Part shown: positions 18,599 to 29,210 of the stretch, in pieces | Layout of the letters: each line of letters begins with the position of its first letter | Numbering within the stretch: position 1 is the first letter of the stretch | Assembly: GCA_029561455.1 (NCBI GenBank) | Contig: JAKQIY010000064.1 | Span: 53,579-117,578 of the forward strand | From: a bacterium | Lineage (GTDB): Bacteria > Zhuqueibacterota > Zhuqueibacteria > Residuimicrobiales > Krinioviventaceae | DNA: 64,000 nt | Reading direction: 5' to 3' | Notes under the pieces: generated by a model | The model's database searches: none | Seen by the model: the letters and a program-made list of their open reading frames with translations, nothing else | Told to the model about the DNA's origin: nothing | Made by a program: the position numbers and the translations under genes

Positions 18599-19267
18599 TC
18601 AACTTTTTTCGTACAAGTCAATTTGTTCCTGCACGCGGGCATAGACATCATAAATAAGTTCCGGGCGTTTATCCAGATCAAGCTGGTCGGCGTCAATGGT
18701 CAGCACTTTGAATTCATTACGCAGCGAGGCTATCCAGCGCTCGTATGCATCATGCAATTCAAACAGGTATTCGCTGGTAATTTTCTGCTCAAAATCCCGT
18801 CCGCGTTTGCGTATACGGGAGATCAGAGTCCACACCGAAGCCCTGAGATAGATGATCAGATCCGGTTTGCGCAGGTAATCGGCAATTTCATAGAACAATT
18901 GCCGGTAGGTATTATAGTCATCATTCGACAGGTATCCCTGTTTGTTTAAAATATACGCAAATACTTCAACATCCTCGTATATGGAGCGATCCTGAACGCA
19001 GGGCCGTTCACAATTGATAATTTTCCGTTGTTCAATAAAACGCTGCGTCATAAAATAGATTTGCAGGTTGAAACTCCAGCGGTTCATGTCCCGGTAAAAA
19101 TCTTCAAGATAAGGATTATGAATTGTGCTCTCGTAAAAAGCGTTGAACTGGAAATAATCGGCAATTTTTTCCGCCAGGGTGGTTTTACCGGCGCCGATAT
19201 TGCCGGCTACAACAATATAAACAGGCGGTTTAAAAGGAAGTATTGTTTTGCTGCCGTTATTTATCAT
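18599..19267 (-). CDS. Deoxynucleoside kinase
   Basis: GNIGAGKTT, QDRSIYED, RIRKRGRDFE. Confidence 0.9.
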   Translation of the reverse strand: MINNGSKTILPFKPPVYIVVAGNIGAGKTTLAEKIADYFQFNAFYESTIHNPYLEDFYRDMNRWSFNLQIYFMTQRFIEQRKIINCERPCVQDRSIYEDVEVFAYILNKQGYLSNDDYNTYRQLFYEIADYLRKPDLIIYLRASVWTLISRIRKRGRDFEQKITSEYLFELHDAYERWIASLRNEFKVLTIDADQLDLDKRPELIYDVYARVQEQIDLYEKS

Positions 19268-19304
19268 ACAATTCCATAGTTAATAATAAATAATATAATA
19301 GCTG

Positions 19305-21866
19305 CTAATGTACGGAACATGCCAGGGTTTGCGCAGCCGGAGAAAAAGTTATATCCGGGAATCCATAGCCTTTTTCATCGGTAAGCCGGAAATAGAATCC
19401 CATATCACCGATGCGGTTATAACATTTAACCAGGATATAATTCATGCCGGTATTGAGGTTGACTGAAGTAATGATCCGGTCCAGCAATGCCGGTTCATAC
19501 TCATTACGGGTCAGGATAAGGTGGCCGTTGAGCCACATCTTAACCGGCCCGGCAGGCCCCAGTCTGATCTGCGCAATTCTTGCCGACGGGACATTTACCG
19601 CTAACAAGCCGAAAACCGTGTTATTGGGCCCAGCTTGGGTGATTTGCTGTAAATTAATATATCCGTCCGTCACCGCAGCTTTAACATCAGTAACGGTAGA
19701 AAGATCTTTGGTTTTGTTAAGTAAATCAATGACCGGCAGTTGTTCCGGCCAATACTGTTCATGGAGTCCTTTTTTAACCGCAAACGGGCCCCAAAACCGC
19801 CACTCGCTCTCAAGTGGAGCGCCGGTGAACCTGAAAATATCTGTAAAAGCCCGGTGGTTATTATCCAATAAATGTAAAAAAGCCAGGGCATAACTGCTGT
19901 TAATTTCAAAGTGTAAATTGTTTTCCTGGCGGGAATAGTCGATTATTGCCTGGATATCGCCGGGAGCGATCTCTTTTTGTTTTTGTGCTTGTTCCAGGGC
20001 TTTAAAATAATATTTCCAATAATAAAGCCACGCTATATTATTCGTTTCACTGAATACGTTACTGTCATACAGTTCGTCGGGCATTTCAACCGGACTGCTA
20101 TCCTGGCTTTTACCCAGAAAGTAGATGAGTTGTTTATAAGCAACAGCCGTTTGTAACAGGAACGGATCGCTTTTGCTGGCTAAAAACTGGTTCAGGTATT
20201 GTTCTGCCTTGTCAAGACAGTAATCATACTGTAAACAAAGCGAAACGACTAAAAATAAATTATTATAATTAATTTGTAATGAATCGGCAATATTGGGGGT
20301 ATTCTCAAACCAGTTATTCAAACGTTGTTTATTAAGCGCCGGGTCATGATCCAGCAACATTAACACATACAGAGTGTACAATTTATCGGGATTTTCCCGG
20401 TAGAGTTTTTCCAGGATTTGAATACTTTTACCAATATTGCCCGCAGTAAAATATGTTCGCGCCAGGAGATGCGATGCCGTAAATTTTTCATTCGGGGTAT
20501 CGGCTTTTTTCAGAGCTTTATTGGCAATAGAGCGGGCTTTGCCGATTTTACCCTTGTCCAGGTTGACATTGACGAGATGAACAATTGCGGGATAAAATTC
20601 AGGATTTATATCCAGCGCTTTTTTATATTGAGCAATAGCTTCATCGAGCTGCCCCTGCTTTTGTAACACTTCGCCATAACTGTCATAAGGGTTAGGCTCA
20701 TCGGGGGCCAGTTCGATATACTTTTGCAGATAATGCCAGGCATAATCGAGTTTACCGGTGGCGGCGCAGGCGTATCCGAGGTGATTATAAGCCAGCTTGT
20801 TTTTGGGATTAAGAGCGATGGTAATTTCAAATTCCTCGATCGCTTTATCCCAACTATTATTCTGCATAAAGTAATAATTTCCCAAATTAAAATGCGCATT
20901 ATCGTCTTCGGGAAACATATTGGTCAATTGTTTATATATTTCAATAGCTTCATACAAACTGCCGGTCATAATGGCATGAGACGCCAAAATCTTGAGTCGT
21001 TCTTTGGGAGGCGATGATTCGGAATAATGGACAGCTTTATCCAGCAGTTCCACAGCTTCGCGGTTATTGCCGTTAGCGCCCTGAATAACCCCCAAATGAT
21101 GCCAGGCGGATGCAAAGGTAGAGTCGATACCAACTGCCTTTTTAAATTCCACGGCAGCCTGGTCCAGGTACAATTTGCTTTCCAGTTCAACGCCCTGGGC
21201 ATAATATTTATATGCTTCAACAGAACTGGTGGTAACATTGGCCAGATTCTTATTGATTTCCGGGGTGTTGCTGGAATTGATCTGAAAATGTTCGCGTAGT
21301 TTTCTGGAAAGTCTGTTTACCATGGCAAATACATTTTCAAGCCCGCCTCCTGTTTCGCTCACCCTTTTTAATAAAAAGCCGTTGCGGGCATCGCGTAATT
21401 CAAGATCGATACGCAGGGAATCGTTTTTAATTAAATAACTGCCGCAAATAAACACTTCGGCGCCGATCTGTTGGGCCACAGCGCTGCCGGCAAGCGAATC
21501 CGCTAAAAGCTGACGGTTATACCCCAGTTCCTGCATGGTTTCGGTAATTCTTGAGGTCGATTTAAGATTAAGCTGTCGCGACTGGGCAAGTTCGCCGCCG
21601 AGCATTTCTACAATACCGGATTCCAGCCAGTCCAGGCTGTTCATGCCGGTTTTATTGAGGAACTGGAAAATAGCCAGACTTTTTTTTTGGGCTGCCGCCA
21701 CCTGGATTGTTGAAACTTTATCCTGCATTAAAACTGTTACCGGCTGGGAAGCGAGTTTGATACGGCGATCACTTTCCAGGTTGCACCCTGCAAGCAGCGC
21801 CAAAAGCACAACGGGGGAAAAAAACTGGCAGTATCTTTTTAAAAAAGTTTTGGTTGAATAAATCAT
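19305..21866 (-). CDS. Lipoprotein with TolB-N/FlgO-like domain, TPR array and C-terminal beta-sandwich
   Basis: Lipobox LLAGC; LAIFQFLNKTG...DWLESGIVEML; TTSSVEAYKYY; multiple TPRs; EWRFWGPF...VKMWLNG...LNTGMNYILVKC. Confidence 0.78.
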   Translation of the reverse strand: MIYSTKTFLKRYCQFFSPVVLLALLAGCNLESDRRIKLASQPVTVLMQDKVSTIQVAAAQKKSLAIFQFLNKTGMNSLDWLESGIVEMLGGELAQSRQLNLKSTSRITETMQELGYNRQLLADSLAGSAVAQQIGAEVFICGSYLIKNDSLRIDLELRDARNGFLLKRVSETGGGLENVFAMVNRLSRKLREHFQINSSNTPEINKNLANVTTSSVEAYKYYAQGVELESKLYLDQAAVEFKKAVGIDSTFASAWHHLGVIQGANGNNREAVELLDKAVHYSESSPPKERLKILASHAIMTGSLYEAIEIYKQLTNMFPEDDNAHFNLGNYYFMQNNSWDKAIEEFEITIALNPKNKLAYNHLGYACAATGKLDYAWHYLQKYIELAPDEPNPYDSYGEVLQKQGQLDEAIAQYKKALDINPEFYPAIVHLVNVNLDKGKIGKARSIANKALKKADTPNEKFTASHLLARTYFTAGNIGKSIQILEKLYRENPDKLYTLYVLMLLDHDPALNKQRLNNWFENTPNIADSLQINYNNLFLVVSLCLQYDYCLDKAEQYLNQFLASKSDPFLLQTAVAYKQLIYFLGKSQDSSPVEMPDELYDSNVFSETNNIAWLYYWKYYFKALEQAQKQKEIAPGDIQAIIDYSRQENNLHFEINSSYALAFLHLLDNNHRAFTDIFRFTGAPLESEWRFWGPFAVKKGLHEQYWPEQLPVIDLLNKTKDLSTVTDVKAAVTDGYINLQQITQAGPNNTVFGLLAVNVPSARIAQIRLGPAGPVKMWLNGHLILTRNEYEPALLDRIITSVNLNTGMNYILVKCYNRIGDMGFYFRLTDEKGYGFPDITFSPAAQTLACSVH

Positions 21867-23845
21867 AAAGACCTGACTAGAATCATGGTAATATCATCAT
21901 GTTGCTGGTTGCCGGCTTTGAACGCATCAATTTCCATTAATATCCGGTTCTGCAATTGCCTGGCGCTTGAATCACTATCCGCACTGATCAGATCGATGAA
22001 TCGCTCTTCCGTAAACTCGGTTAATTGTGCATTCATGGCATCCGGAACACCATCGGTATAAAGCACCAGGGTATCGCCTGGGTTTAATGTAACAATTTTT
22101 TCTTCCAAATGCATCTCAAAATTTGCTTCATCGGTTAAACCCAGGGCAATACCGGAAGGTATATACATTTCAATATTATCTTTTGTTCCGTTTCTTTTAA
22201 TGATTAATGCATTATGACCCGCGCGCACAAAATTAAAACTACGGTTTTGCAAATCCAGGACTCCATACAGCATGGTAGCATATATTCTTTTATCCAGCGA
22301 CTGTCCCAATTGTCGGTTAATTATGCTCAACAGCTTCTTGGGTGAAGAAACAGTACACGCCAGCGAGGTCATCATGCCTTTCAATTCTGCCATATAAAAA
22401 GCCGCCGAAGTGCCCTTGCCTGAAACATCGGCGATTGCCAGACCGAGGTGGCTCCGGTCGATATAAAAATAATCAAAATAATCGCCGCCCACCTCTTCTG
22501 CCGGCAGACAGATACCCGATATATCAAAACCGGCAATTTGCGGATCGCTTTGCGGTAATAAACGCTTTTGTACATTGCGGGCTATATCAAGTTCCTGTTT
22601 CAGGCGTTCTTTTTCCGTTAACTCTTGAAGCAGAAAAGCATTTTCCACCGCCATTGCCGCTTGTGTTCCCAGGGTGATAAGAAAATTTATTTCCTCGTTG
22701 CCGAATTCACTTTTTTCACGTTCGGGCGCCAGCAGAATAAAGCCTAGTAATTTACTTTTTCTCACCAGTGGGATCACATATTCAAGTGTTTTTATTTGCA
22801 AAGCTGCGCTAATATTTTGTAACAATTGTATGCATTCCTCCTCCTGCAACTGGATAGGAGAAAATGGCGCATCATAAAAAAGCATACGTTGTATACAGGA
22901 CGCATCGACTGTAAATTCATCGTTACTGAAAAAAGACTGCGGATAACCGCCGGCCACCCAGGCTTTGGCCCCGGCATCATTTTGGTTCACAACCAACAGA
23001 ACACCATACCTGGCAGAAATGGCTGTTACTATCTTTTCCGTTACCAGTTGAGTGATATTTTCGAACTTCCAGGTAAAGCCCAGTTCGCGGCTGAAATTTT
23101 CGATGATACTTTTTTCACGTAACCGGGTAGTCATATAATTAAAAGACGTTGCCAGAGTTCCAATCTCATCCCTGCTTCCAATAGTCACCAGTTGGTCTAG
23201 GTCGCCGTTGGAAACCGCAACCAGGGCATTGGATAGTGTATTGAGAGGCCGGGTTATCCTCAAACCGATAAATATTGAGGCCAGAACTCCCACCAGCAAA
23301 AACAGGAGCAACAGGTAAAGATTGATAAAAATTTGCCGGCGAAATTTATTATTAAAATCAATCAGGGAGAAACCCACATCAACGGCGCCAAGCATTTCCC
23401 GGCCCAATTGAATTTGCACGGAAAAATGATCAAAATCCTGGCGACTCTCATCGGCAATCTGACCCTGTGAGAGGGATTCAACGATCTGGATCTGTTCGGC
23501 GCGGTTGAGAATGCCGCTATCGGCAAGATCGAGCCATTGGTAATTGATCCCGAAGGCGGCAAGCGTTTGTTTTTCATCAAAAATTGCAATATAAACCAGG
23601 TCGTGTCCAATGTCGGATGCTATAATATTATCGATCCAGTCCTGGTACACATACCAGCCTTCGGTCTCCGCCAGGCGGATAGAGGCAATTTGTTTGGCTA
23701 TTCGACCCATATTCTCGCGCAACGCAATATGTTCGGACCGTAATTGGCGGATGGTAAAAAAATAAAAAACTAACAGCATGATGACAAAAATAATGCTGAC
23801 GATCGCTACCGATAACTTTATCCAAATTTTATTGAGTCGTTGCAT
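21863..23845 (-). CDS. Membrane HAMP-GAF-SpoIIE/PP2C phosphatase
   Basis: Two TMs; HAMP (ITRPL...DEIG.LA.SFN.M); GGDYFD, DVSGKG, TDGV, DDIT. Confidence 0.9.
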   Translation of the reverse strand: MQRLNKIWIKLSVAIVSIIFVIMLLVFYFFTIRQLRSEHIALRENMGRIAKQIASIRLAETEGWYVYQDWIDNIIASDIGHDLVYIAIFDEKQTLAAFGINYQWLDLADSGILNRAEQIQIVESLSQGQIADESRQDFDHFSVQIQLGREMLGAVDVGFSLIDFNNKFRRQIFINLYLLLLFLLVGVLASIFIGLRITRPLNTLSNALVAVSNGDLDQLVTIGSRDEIGTLATSFNYMTTRLREKSIIENFSRELGFTWKFENITQLVTEKIVTAISARYGVLLVVNQNDAGAKAWVAGGYPQSFFSNDEFTVDASCIQRMLFYDAPFSPIQLQEEECIQLLQNISAALQIKTLEYVIPLVRKSKLLGFILLAPEREKSEFGNEEINFLITLGTQAAMAVENAFLLQELTEKERLKQELDIARNVQKRLLPQSDPQIAGFDISGICLPAEEVGGDYFDYFYIDRSHLGLAIADVSGKGTSAAFYMAELKGMMTSLACTVSSPKKLLSIINRQLGQSLDKRIYATMLYGVLDLQNRSFNFVRAGHNALIIKRNGTKDNIEMYIPSGIALGLTDEANFEMHLEEKIVTLNPGDTLVLYTDGVPDAMNAQLTEFTEERFIDLISADSDSSARQLQNRILMEIDAFKAGNQQHDDITMILVRSL

Positions 23846-23869
23846 CGAGTTTATTCTGCCGGTTTAATG

Positions 23870-25264
23870 CTATTCAACCTCGTTTACCACAACATCGCAT
23901 TGTTTATTTTTTTCGACAATTTTATGCACAAAATCCTGACATTGCTGATAACCAAAACGCCGGCTCCAGATGGGAAAAACCGAAGTATTGGTCATCAACA
24001 GATCGTCATCCGGACTCCAGTAACCCATGTCGATTGCGCGCTGCCATTCGCTTGTATGAGGAATGGGCGAAAACGACGCCAGGTTGACCCGTGCGCCCAG
24101 ATCGAGCACATAATTTACACTATCAAGCGCTTCGGCCGGCTCCTGATCAGGCAAACCCATCAACACATAAACACCTATTGTATGCCGCTTATAGCCGGCT
24201 TGTTCCAGGTTTTCGATGGCAGTTTTCAACTCCTGGCACGTTACTTTGGCAGACATAGACTTTTGCCGGGTCGGATTGATTGTCTCAAAACTCAGTTTTA
24301 CAGTGATCCCCCCGGCCTGGTAGAAAAGATCGGCAAATTCGGCATCGACAAAGCGCGGCTGCATTCCATTGGCGGCATGCAGGCAGACAGGCAGTTTTTG
24401 CTTTATTACCCCCCGTAATAATGGTTTAATATAATCATCGGCCTTGTGCAGCAAGGCATCATCAAAAAAGGCAAAATGTTGTACCTGTCGGGTATTATGC
24501 CAGTGCGCGATTTCATGCAAAACATGCTCTGCCGAACGCCTGGTATATTCCGGCGCGAGTACCCGCGAGGCGCAAAAGCTGCAATGATTCGGGCAGCCGC
24601 GCGAAGTGATTATAGCTACTGACCGTAAATCGGGGTACAGATCATATAACGGCCGCGGAAATGCGCCGTCCGGTAAATGCCGTTGTTGCGGTGGATTCGC
24701 CCCGGTTACGGCTGCAACCAGATCTACGATATGATGTTCTCCGGCGCCGGTAAACAGATGGTCGGGGCCAATATGTTTTTGCGCATGTTCAGGGCATAAT
24801 GAAGCATAAATACCGCCCAATATGAGCGGCGTATCCGGGAAATATTCCCGTAACAGTTTTGCCGCATCGCGCACAGCCGGATACCAATAGGTCATCGTCG
24901 AGGTTAGTAGTATTACATCGGGCTTTTCAGATAAATTGGCAAGTAACTTTTCAACAATATGCGCCGGCATGCCATAACGGCAATATTTGCGGGGAATATG
25001 ACTGTAAACCTCCGGTTTTGGAATCTGTTCACGGATAAACTTGCCGGTGCCGTTGGCTTTAATTTTAGCTGGGGGATGGTCCGGTAAATTTTGCAAGGCA
25101 GGATGAAAACGATCAAGGCAATCGATCAATTCAATATGCAAGCCAGATTGTTTCAATACAGCAGCTAATTGCAACAAGCCCAGCGGTTTGACCCAGAAAT
25201 CATAAGCGGCAAAATCATAAATCCAGGGATTAAAAAGTAGTATTTTTTTTCCGGTCAATTCCAT
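23870..25264 (-). CDS. B12-binding-domain radical SAM protein
   Basis: KPLGLL, LGGIYASL, TSRGCPNHCSFC, FFDDA. Confidence 0.88.
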   Translation of the reverse strand: MELTGKKILLFNPWIYDFAAYDFWVKPLGLLQLAAVLKQSGLHIELIDCLDRFHPALQNLPDHPPAKIKANGTGKFIREQIPKPEVYSHIPRKYCRYGMPAHIVEKLLANLSEKPDVILLTSTMTYWYPAVRDAAKLLREYFPDTPLILGGIYASLCPEHAQKHIGPDHLFTGAGEHHIVDLVAAVTGANPPQQRHLPDGAFPRPLYDLYPDLRSVAIITSRGCPNHCSFCASRVLAPEYTRRSAEHVLHEIAHWHNTRQVQHFAFFDDALLHKADDYIKPLLRGVIKQKLPVCLHAANGMQPRFVDAEFADLFYQAGGITVKLSFETINPTRQKSMSAKVTCQELKTAIENLEQAGYKRHTIGVYVLMGLPDQEPAEALDSVNYVLDLGARVNLASFSPIPHTSEWQRAIDMGYWSPDDDLLMTNTSVFPIWSRRFGYQQCQDFVHKIVEKNKQCDVVVNEVE

Positions 25265-25274
25265 GCGGACGTTT

Positions 25275-26444
25275 TCAGGTTAATTCCGTTAAAATAAGCA
25301 GAATATCGTCGCGCAGGTCGCCATGACCAAAATTTCGTACTTGATTGATAATAGCGTGAGCGGCTTCGTCAACCGGGCTGCTCACCCCATCCAGCAGGGA
25401 TTCTTTCAAGCCGTTAATACCAAAGGGGGTTTGGGTTTCGTTTTCGGTTTCGATAATGCCGTCGGTATATAAAAACAGGCGGTCGCGGCTATTATAATGA
25501 TAAACATTCTGCACAAATTTATCCTTATCGCTGCGGGAAAAACCGATAATGGGATTTTGCGGATCCAGGTGGATTAACTGCCGGCTGGTGGAATTGTACA
25601 ACAGGGCCGCAGGATGGGCGCTGCCGGCATGATATATCGTTTTGTTATAATAATCAATTTTTATGGAATGTATGGTCAAAAACAAGCCGGTTTGGGCAAA
25701 TGAATCGTAAAAAAAGGTGTTCAAATAATATAGCAATTCATCGGGGTTGATCCCGGCGCGCACCAGTTTGTTTATTTCACTGCATACCCGGTTGACCAGC
25801 AATGCCGCGGCAATGCCATGCCCGGTAACATCGATGATCGTCAAATAAAATTTACCGTTATTGTCGTCATAAATATCGGCAAAATCTCCGCCAATGCCAA
25901 TCATCGGCAGGTATTCGACCGCCAGGGTAAAGTATTCATTACGGTAATTATTGGGCACCAGGCTGTTTTGCACGCGCTCAGCCAGGTTCAAATCTTTTTC
26001 AATCATGCGGTGAAATTCATCAATCTTTTTTTGCTGTTCCTCTACCAGAATCTCCATGTTACGGCGTTCGAGGGCTTTACTCACCCGCACCAGAAATGCT
26101 TCATGATTGATTGGTTTGGATAAATATTCATAAGCGCCATCCTGCATGGCTTTAACGGCGCTGGCAATACTGCCGAATCCGGTGAGTATAATCACCTGGG
26201 TATATTTGTCTTTATCTTTAGCGGCTTTTAAAACTTCAAGTCCCCCGATTTCAAACATGTGCAAATCGGTAACAACAATATCATAATTTGTTGCAGCAAT
26301 TTTTACCAAAGCCGCTTCGCCGCTGGCCGCGTCATCGACATGATATTTCTTGAGTTTGAGAATCTGGACAAATAACTTGCGGTTATAGCCGTCATCATCA
26401 ACAACAAGAATTCGAGGTTTTTTACTGCCGGTGGTTGAATCCAT
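25275..26444 (-). CDS. Response-regulator receiver-SpoIIE/PP2C phosphatase
   Basis: LVVDDD, TDLHM, ILTG, KP receiver motifs; GGDFAD, DVTGHG, TDGI, DDIL. Confidence 0.9.
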   Translation of the reverse strand: MDSTTGSKKPRILVVDDDGYNRKLFVQILKLKKYHVDDAASGEAALVKIAATNYDIVVTDLHMFEIGGLEVLKAAKDKDKYTQVIILTGFGSIASAVKAMQDGAYEYLSKPINHEAFLVRVSKALERRNMEILVEEQQKKIDEFHRMIEKDLNLAERVQNSLVPNNYRNEYFTLAVEYLPMIGIGGDFADIYDDNNGKFYLTIIDVTGHGIAAALLVNRVCSEINKLVRAGINPDELLYYLNTFFYDSFAQTGLFLTIHSIKIDYYNKTIYHAGSAHPAALLYNSTSRQLIHLDPQNPIIGFSRSDKDKFVQNVYHYNSRDRLFLYTDGIIETENETQTPFGINGLKESLLDGVSSPVDEAAHAIINQVRNFGHGDLRDDILLILTELT

Positions 26445-26465
26445 AAATTTTTGCGGTTTTCAATT

Positions 26466-28229
26466 CTAGTTCAATACTTTGAGGCCCAGCATGGTAATAT
26501 CGTCAGCTTGCGGCATGCCTTGGGAAAAATCTTTAACTTCAACAACTATTTTATTAATTAATTCCTGAATTTTCAAGTCATTTTTTAGCGCATATTCCAG
26601 TATTGCCTGCAGCCGCCATTCTCCATACTCCATTTCAAGTGTATTCATTGCCTCGGTAACACCATCGGTGAACATTAATAACTGGTCGCCGGGTTTCAAC
26701 TGAATCGTTTCCGTCTCATAAGTCAGGTTTGGCATCATGCCAAGCAGCAATCCGCCTTTTTCCAGGCTCATGCAGGAACCGTCGCGCCGATATAAAAAAG
26801 GCGGATTATGACCGGCATTGGCATAGGTGAGAGTAAATTCATCAATGTTAATTTCGGCATAAAAAAAGGTAATAAATTTATCAAATGTTGTATGCGCCTG
26901 GATCAGGTTATTGAGTTTAGATAAAATAGTGGTTATATCGGCTTTGGTCATGATCAAGGTATGCAGACCGGCATGTAAATTGGACATGAGCAGCGAAGCC
27001 GGTGCGCCTTTTCCAGAAACATCGCCAATGGCAATGGCAAAACGATGCTGATCGAGGCGGATACAATCAAAATAGTCGCCGCCAACTTCACGGGACGGCA
27101 CATTGTACCCCATAATTTCAAAATGATCATATTCCGGGTATGAATCGGGTAATAAACGGGTCTGAATTTCCCGGGCAATGTTGAGTTCTTCTTCCATCCG
27201 CTGTTTTTCTATGGTTTCATCAAACAAGCGGGCATTTTCAAGCGATATGGCGGCGGCATTACAAAGTGTGGCAAGGAATTCCAGATCGTCGGCAGTATAA
27301 TCGACATGGTTGATCCGTTCTCCCAATAACACAACCCCACCGGTTTTATCCTGGATGCGCATAGGTACGACCGCATTAATATTCAGGTTCCGCAAGGGAG
27401 CTAAAGCTGAGGGCAAAATGGTATCTTTAACCAGAAAGGGTTTGGTAACATCAGCCAATTCACGCAAAAGATCAGGGTCGGCAAAAACAGCCATTTCCCC
27501 GGTTTTGGTTGCACCACCGCGATAATCGGCAAAGGTCAGCTTGGTACCTTTTTTTAAAAAAATATTACAGCGTTGCGCAGCCATCTCGCCCATTATGGCA
27601 TAAACCAGCAGGTTAACGATTTTTTTCTTATCAAGGGTTGAATTCAGTTCCCGGCCTATATCAAATATCGTATTTAATTGCTGTATTTTGGTATCCAGTT
27701 TACGGTTGACACTTTCAAGTTTTTGAAAAATTATAGCATTTTCTATAGCAGTGGAAGCGAGATTGGTCAGCGAATTGAGGAATTCCAGTTCTGCTTCGGT
27801 ATAGCGGCTACGGTTAATTTTTTTGCCAAGCGCAATCATGCCAATCATTCGGGAGGTGCTGTTAATCGGCAAGATCAACTCGATACCGAGTTCGAGGAAA
27901 AAATTCTTTAATTTACATTCATTCAGATCAACATCGGTCAAAAAAACAGGTTTATCAAACCTGAATTCAACATCGCAGGTTGAATTTAACAGTTCCCGCG
28001 ACAAGCCTTTGATGTTGCGGATAGAAAATTTATTGCCGTCTTCCGAAACCATAACCAGACCCCGAGAAATCATCATCCGCCCCATGGGCGTTAGCAGCAA
28101 ATTATTGAGAATAGTATTTAACTGTAATGAAGAGTTCAGTACTTTGCTGGTTTCGAATAACGATTTTAATTCTACATGACGCTGATCCAGTTCCGAGTTA
28201 ACGATTCCAGGTTCTTTTGCGTCTTCCAT
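26466..28229 (-). CDS. Cytoplasmic GAF-GAF-SpoIIE/PP2C phosphatase (RsbU-like)
   Basis: Two GAF repeats ending AIENA/SLENA; GGDYFD, DVSGKG, TDGV, DDIT. Confidence 0.9.
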   Translation of the reverse strand: MEDAKEPGIVNSELDQRHVELKSLFETSKVLNSSLQLNTILNNLLLTPMGRMMISRGLVMVSEDGNKFSIRNIKGLSRELLNSTCDVEFRFDKPVFLTDVDLNECKLKNFFLELGIELILPINSTSRMIGMIALGKKINRSRYTEAELEFLNSLTNLASTAIENAIIFQKLESVNRKLDTKIQQLNTIFDIGRELNSTLDKKKIVNLLVYAIMGEMAAQRCNIFLKKGTKLTFADYRGGATKTGEMAVFADPDLLRELADVTKPFLVKDTILPSALAPLRNLNINAVVPMRIQDKTGGVVLLGERINHVDYTADDLEFLATLCNAAAISLENARLFDETIEKQRMEEELNIAREIQTRLLPDSYPEYDHFEIMGYNVPSREVGGDYFDCIRLDQHRFAIAIGDVSGKGAPASLLMSNLHAGLHTLIMTKADITTILSKLNNLIQAHTTFDKFITFFYAEINIDEFTLTYANAGHNPPFLYRRDGSCMSLEKGGLLLGMMPNLTYETETIQLKPGDQLLMFTDGVTEAMNTLEMEYGEWRLQAILEYALKNDLKIQELINKIVVEVKDFSQGMPQADDITMLGLKVLN

Positions 28230-28705
28230 TACACACCTTTTGCCGTGTTAACCAGACCGGGCTTTTTTTTGTCCAGGAAGTACTTAACCATACGCACCTG
28301 GTTCTGCACTCCTGGTTTAATATCATAATCAACCTCATCCATCAAAGTCCGCATTAAATAAATACCCAAACCGCCAACCTTAAGTTCAGCCAGGTATTCT
28401 TTAACATTAGGCATTTTAATAGTATCGGGATCAAAACCTTTACCGTGATCGGTAACCACCAGCGTAAATTTCTGATAGTCGATTTTTATAATCACATCCA
28501 GCGATGTGTTCTTACTGCTTTGGTCATAAGCATGTTTCATCACATTTGTGCAGGCTTCATCACAAGCCAACTCTATTTTACAAATATCGTCAGGGATAAA
28601 ACCAACTTTTTCCGCAACCTTGGCAACAAAACTTCGAATCAATTCCAGATTATCCGTATCACTCGGAATCCGAAGTTTGTATTCAGCTTTTAATTTTGGT
28701 TTCAC
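28229..28705 (-). CDS. Anti-sigma factor Ser kinase (RsbW/SpoIIAB-like)
   Basis: DEACTNVMKHAY, DHGKGFD, GGLGIYLM HATPase boxes. Confidence 0.9.
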   Translation of the reverse strand: MKPKLKAEYKLRIPSDTDNLELIRSFVAKVAEKVGFIPDDICKIELACDEACTNVMKHAYDQSSKNTSLDVIIKIDYQKFTLVVTDHGKGFDPDTIKMPNVKEYLAELKVGGLGIYLMRTLMDEVDYDIKPGVQNQVRMVKYFLDKKKPGLVNTAKGV

Positions 28706-28768
28706 CGTCGTTACCCTTATTTTTTATTATAAACATTATCATATCACTACCAACTCTACCTATTATAT

Positions 28769-28796
28769 TTTACATAAATTCCACAAAATAGTTACA
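28769..28796 (-). promoter_or_regulatory. ECF-type promoter candidate upstream of the rsbW-like gene
   Basis: Minus strand TGTAAC-N16-TGTAAA, matching the site at 31413-31440. Confidence 0.4.
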
Positions 28797-28798
28797 AA

Positions 28799-29146
28799 CT
28801 AACTCCTGAATTTTATTATAGCCAGGGTCTCATCTTCCACAATGTCATACAATGTCGGAAATCCGAGTAAATCAAAAACCCGGAAAATTTTCGGCGTCAT
28901 ATTGCTCATTTTAATATCGCCGCTATGTTCGCGAATTTGCTCTATAAAACCCATAAACACGCCTAACCCGGCGCTGCTGATATAACTGAGATCTTTAAAA
29001 TTAATTACAAGTTTATATCTTTGACCATCGATTAACTTTTGAATTGCTTCTTCAAGCTCGGGCGCCGTATGTGCGTCCAGAAAACCGCTGATATACAATA
29101 CCGAGATATCTTCTTTATCAATACGGTTTACATTAAAATTTTCCAT
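28799..29146 (-). CDS. STAS anti-sigma factor antagonist (RsbV/SpoIIAA-like)
   Basis: GFLDAHTA; LSYISSAGLG with the conserved phospho-Ser; GGAGGA RBS. Confidence 0.92.
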   Translation of the reverse strand: MENFNVNRIDKEDISVLYISGFLDAHTAPELEEAIQKLIDGQRYKLVINFKDLSYISSAGLGVFMGFIEQIREHSGDIKMSNMTPKIFRVFDLLGFPTLYDIVEDETLAIIKFRS

Positions 29147-29210
29147 GTTTCTCCTCCAGTAATCTCATTTTTATTACAAAGTAAATCATTCACTTGTTGT
29201 TTTTAACAAT

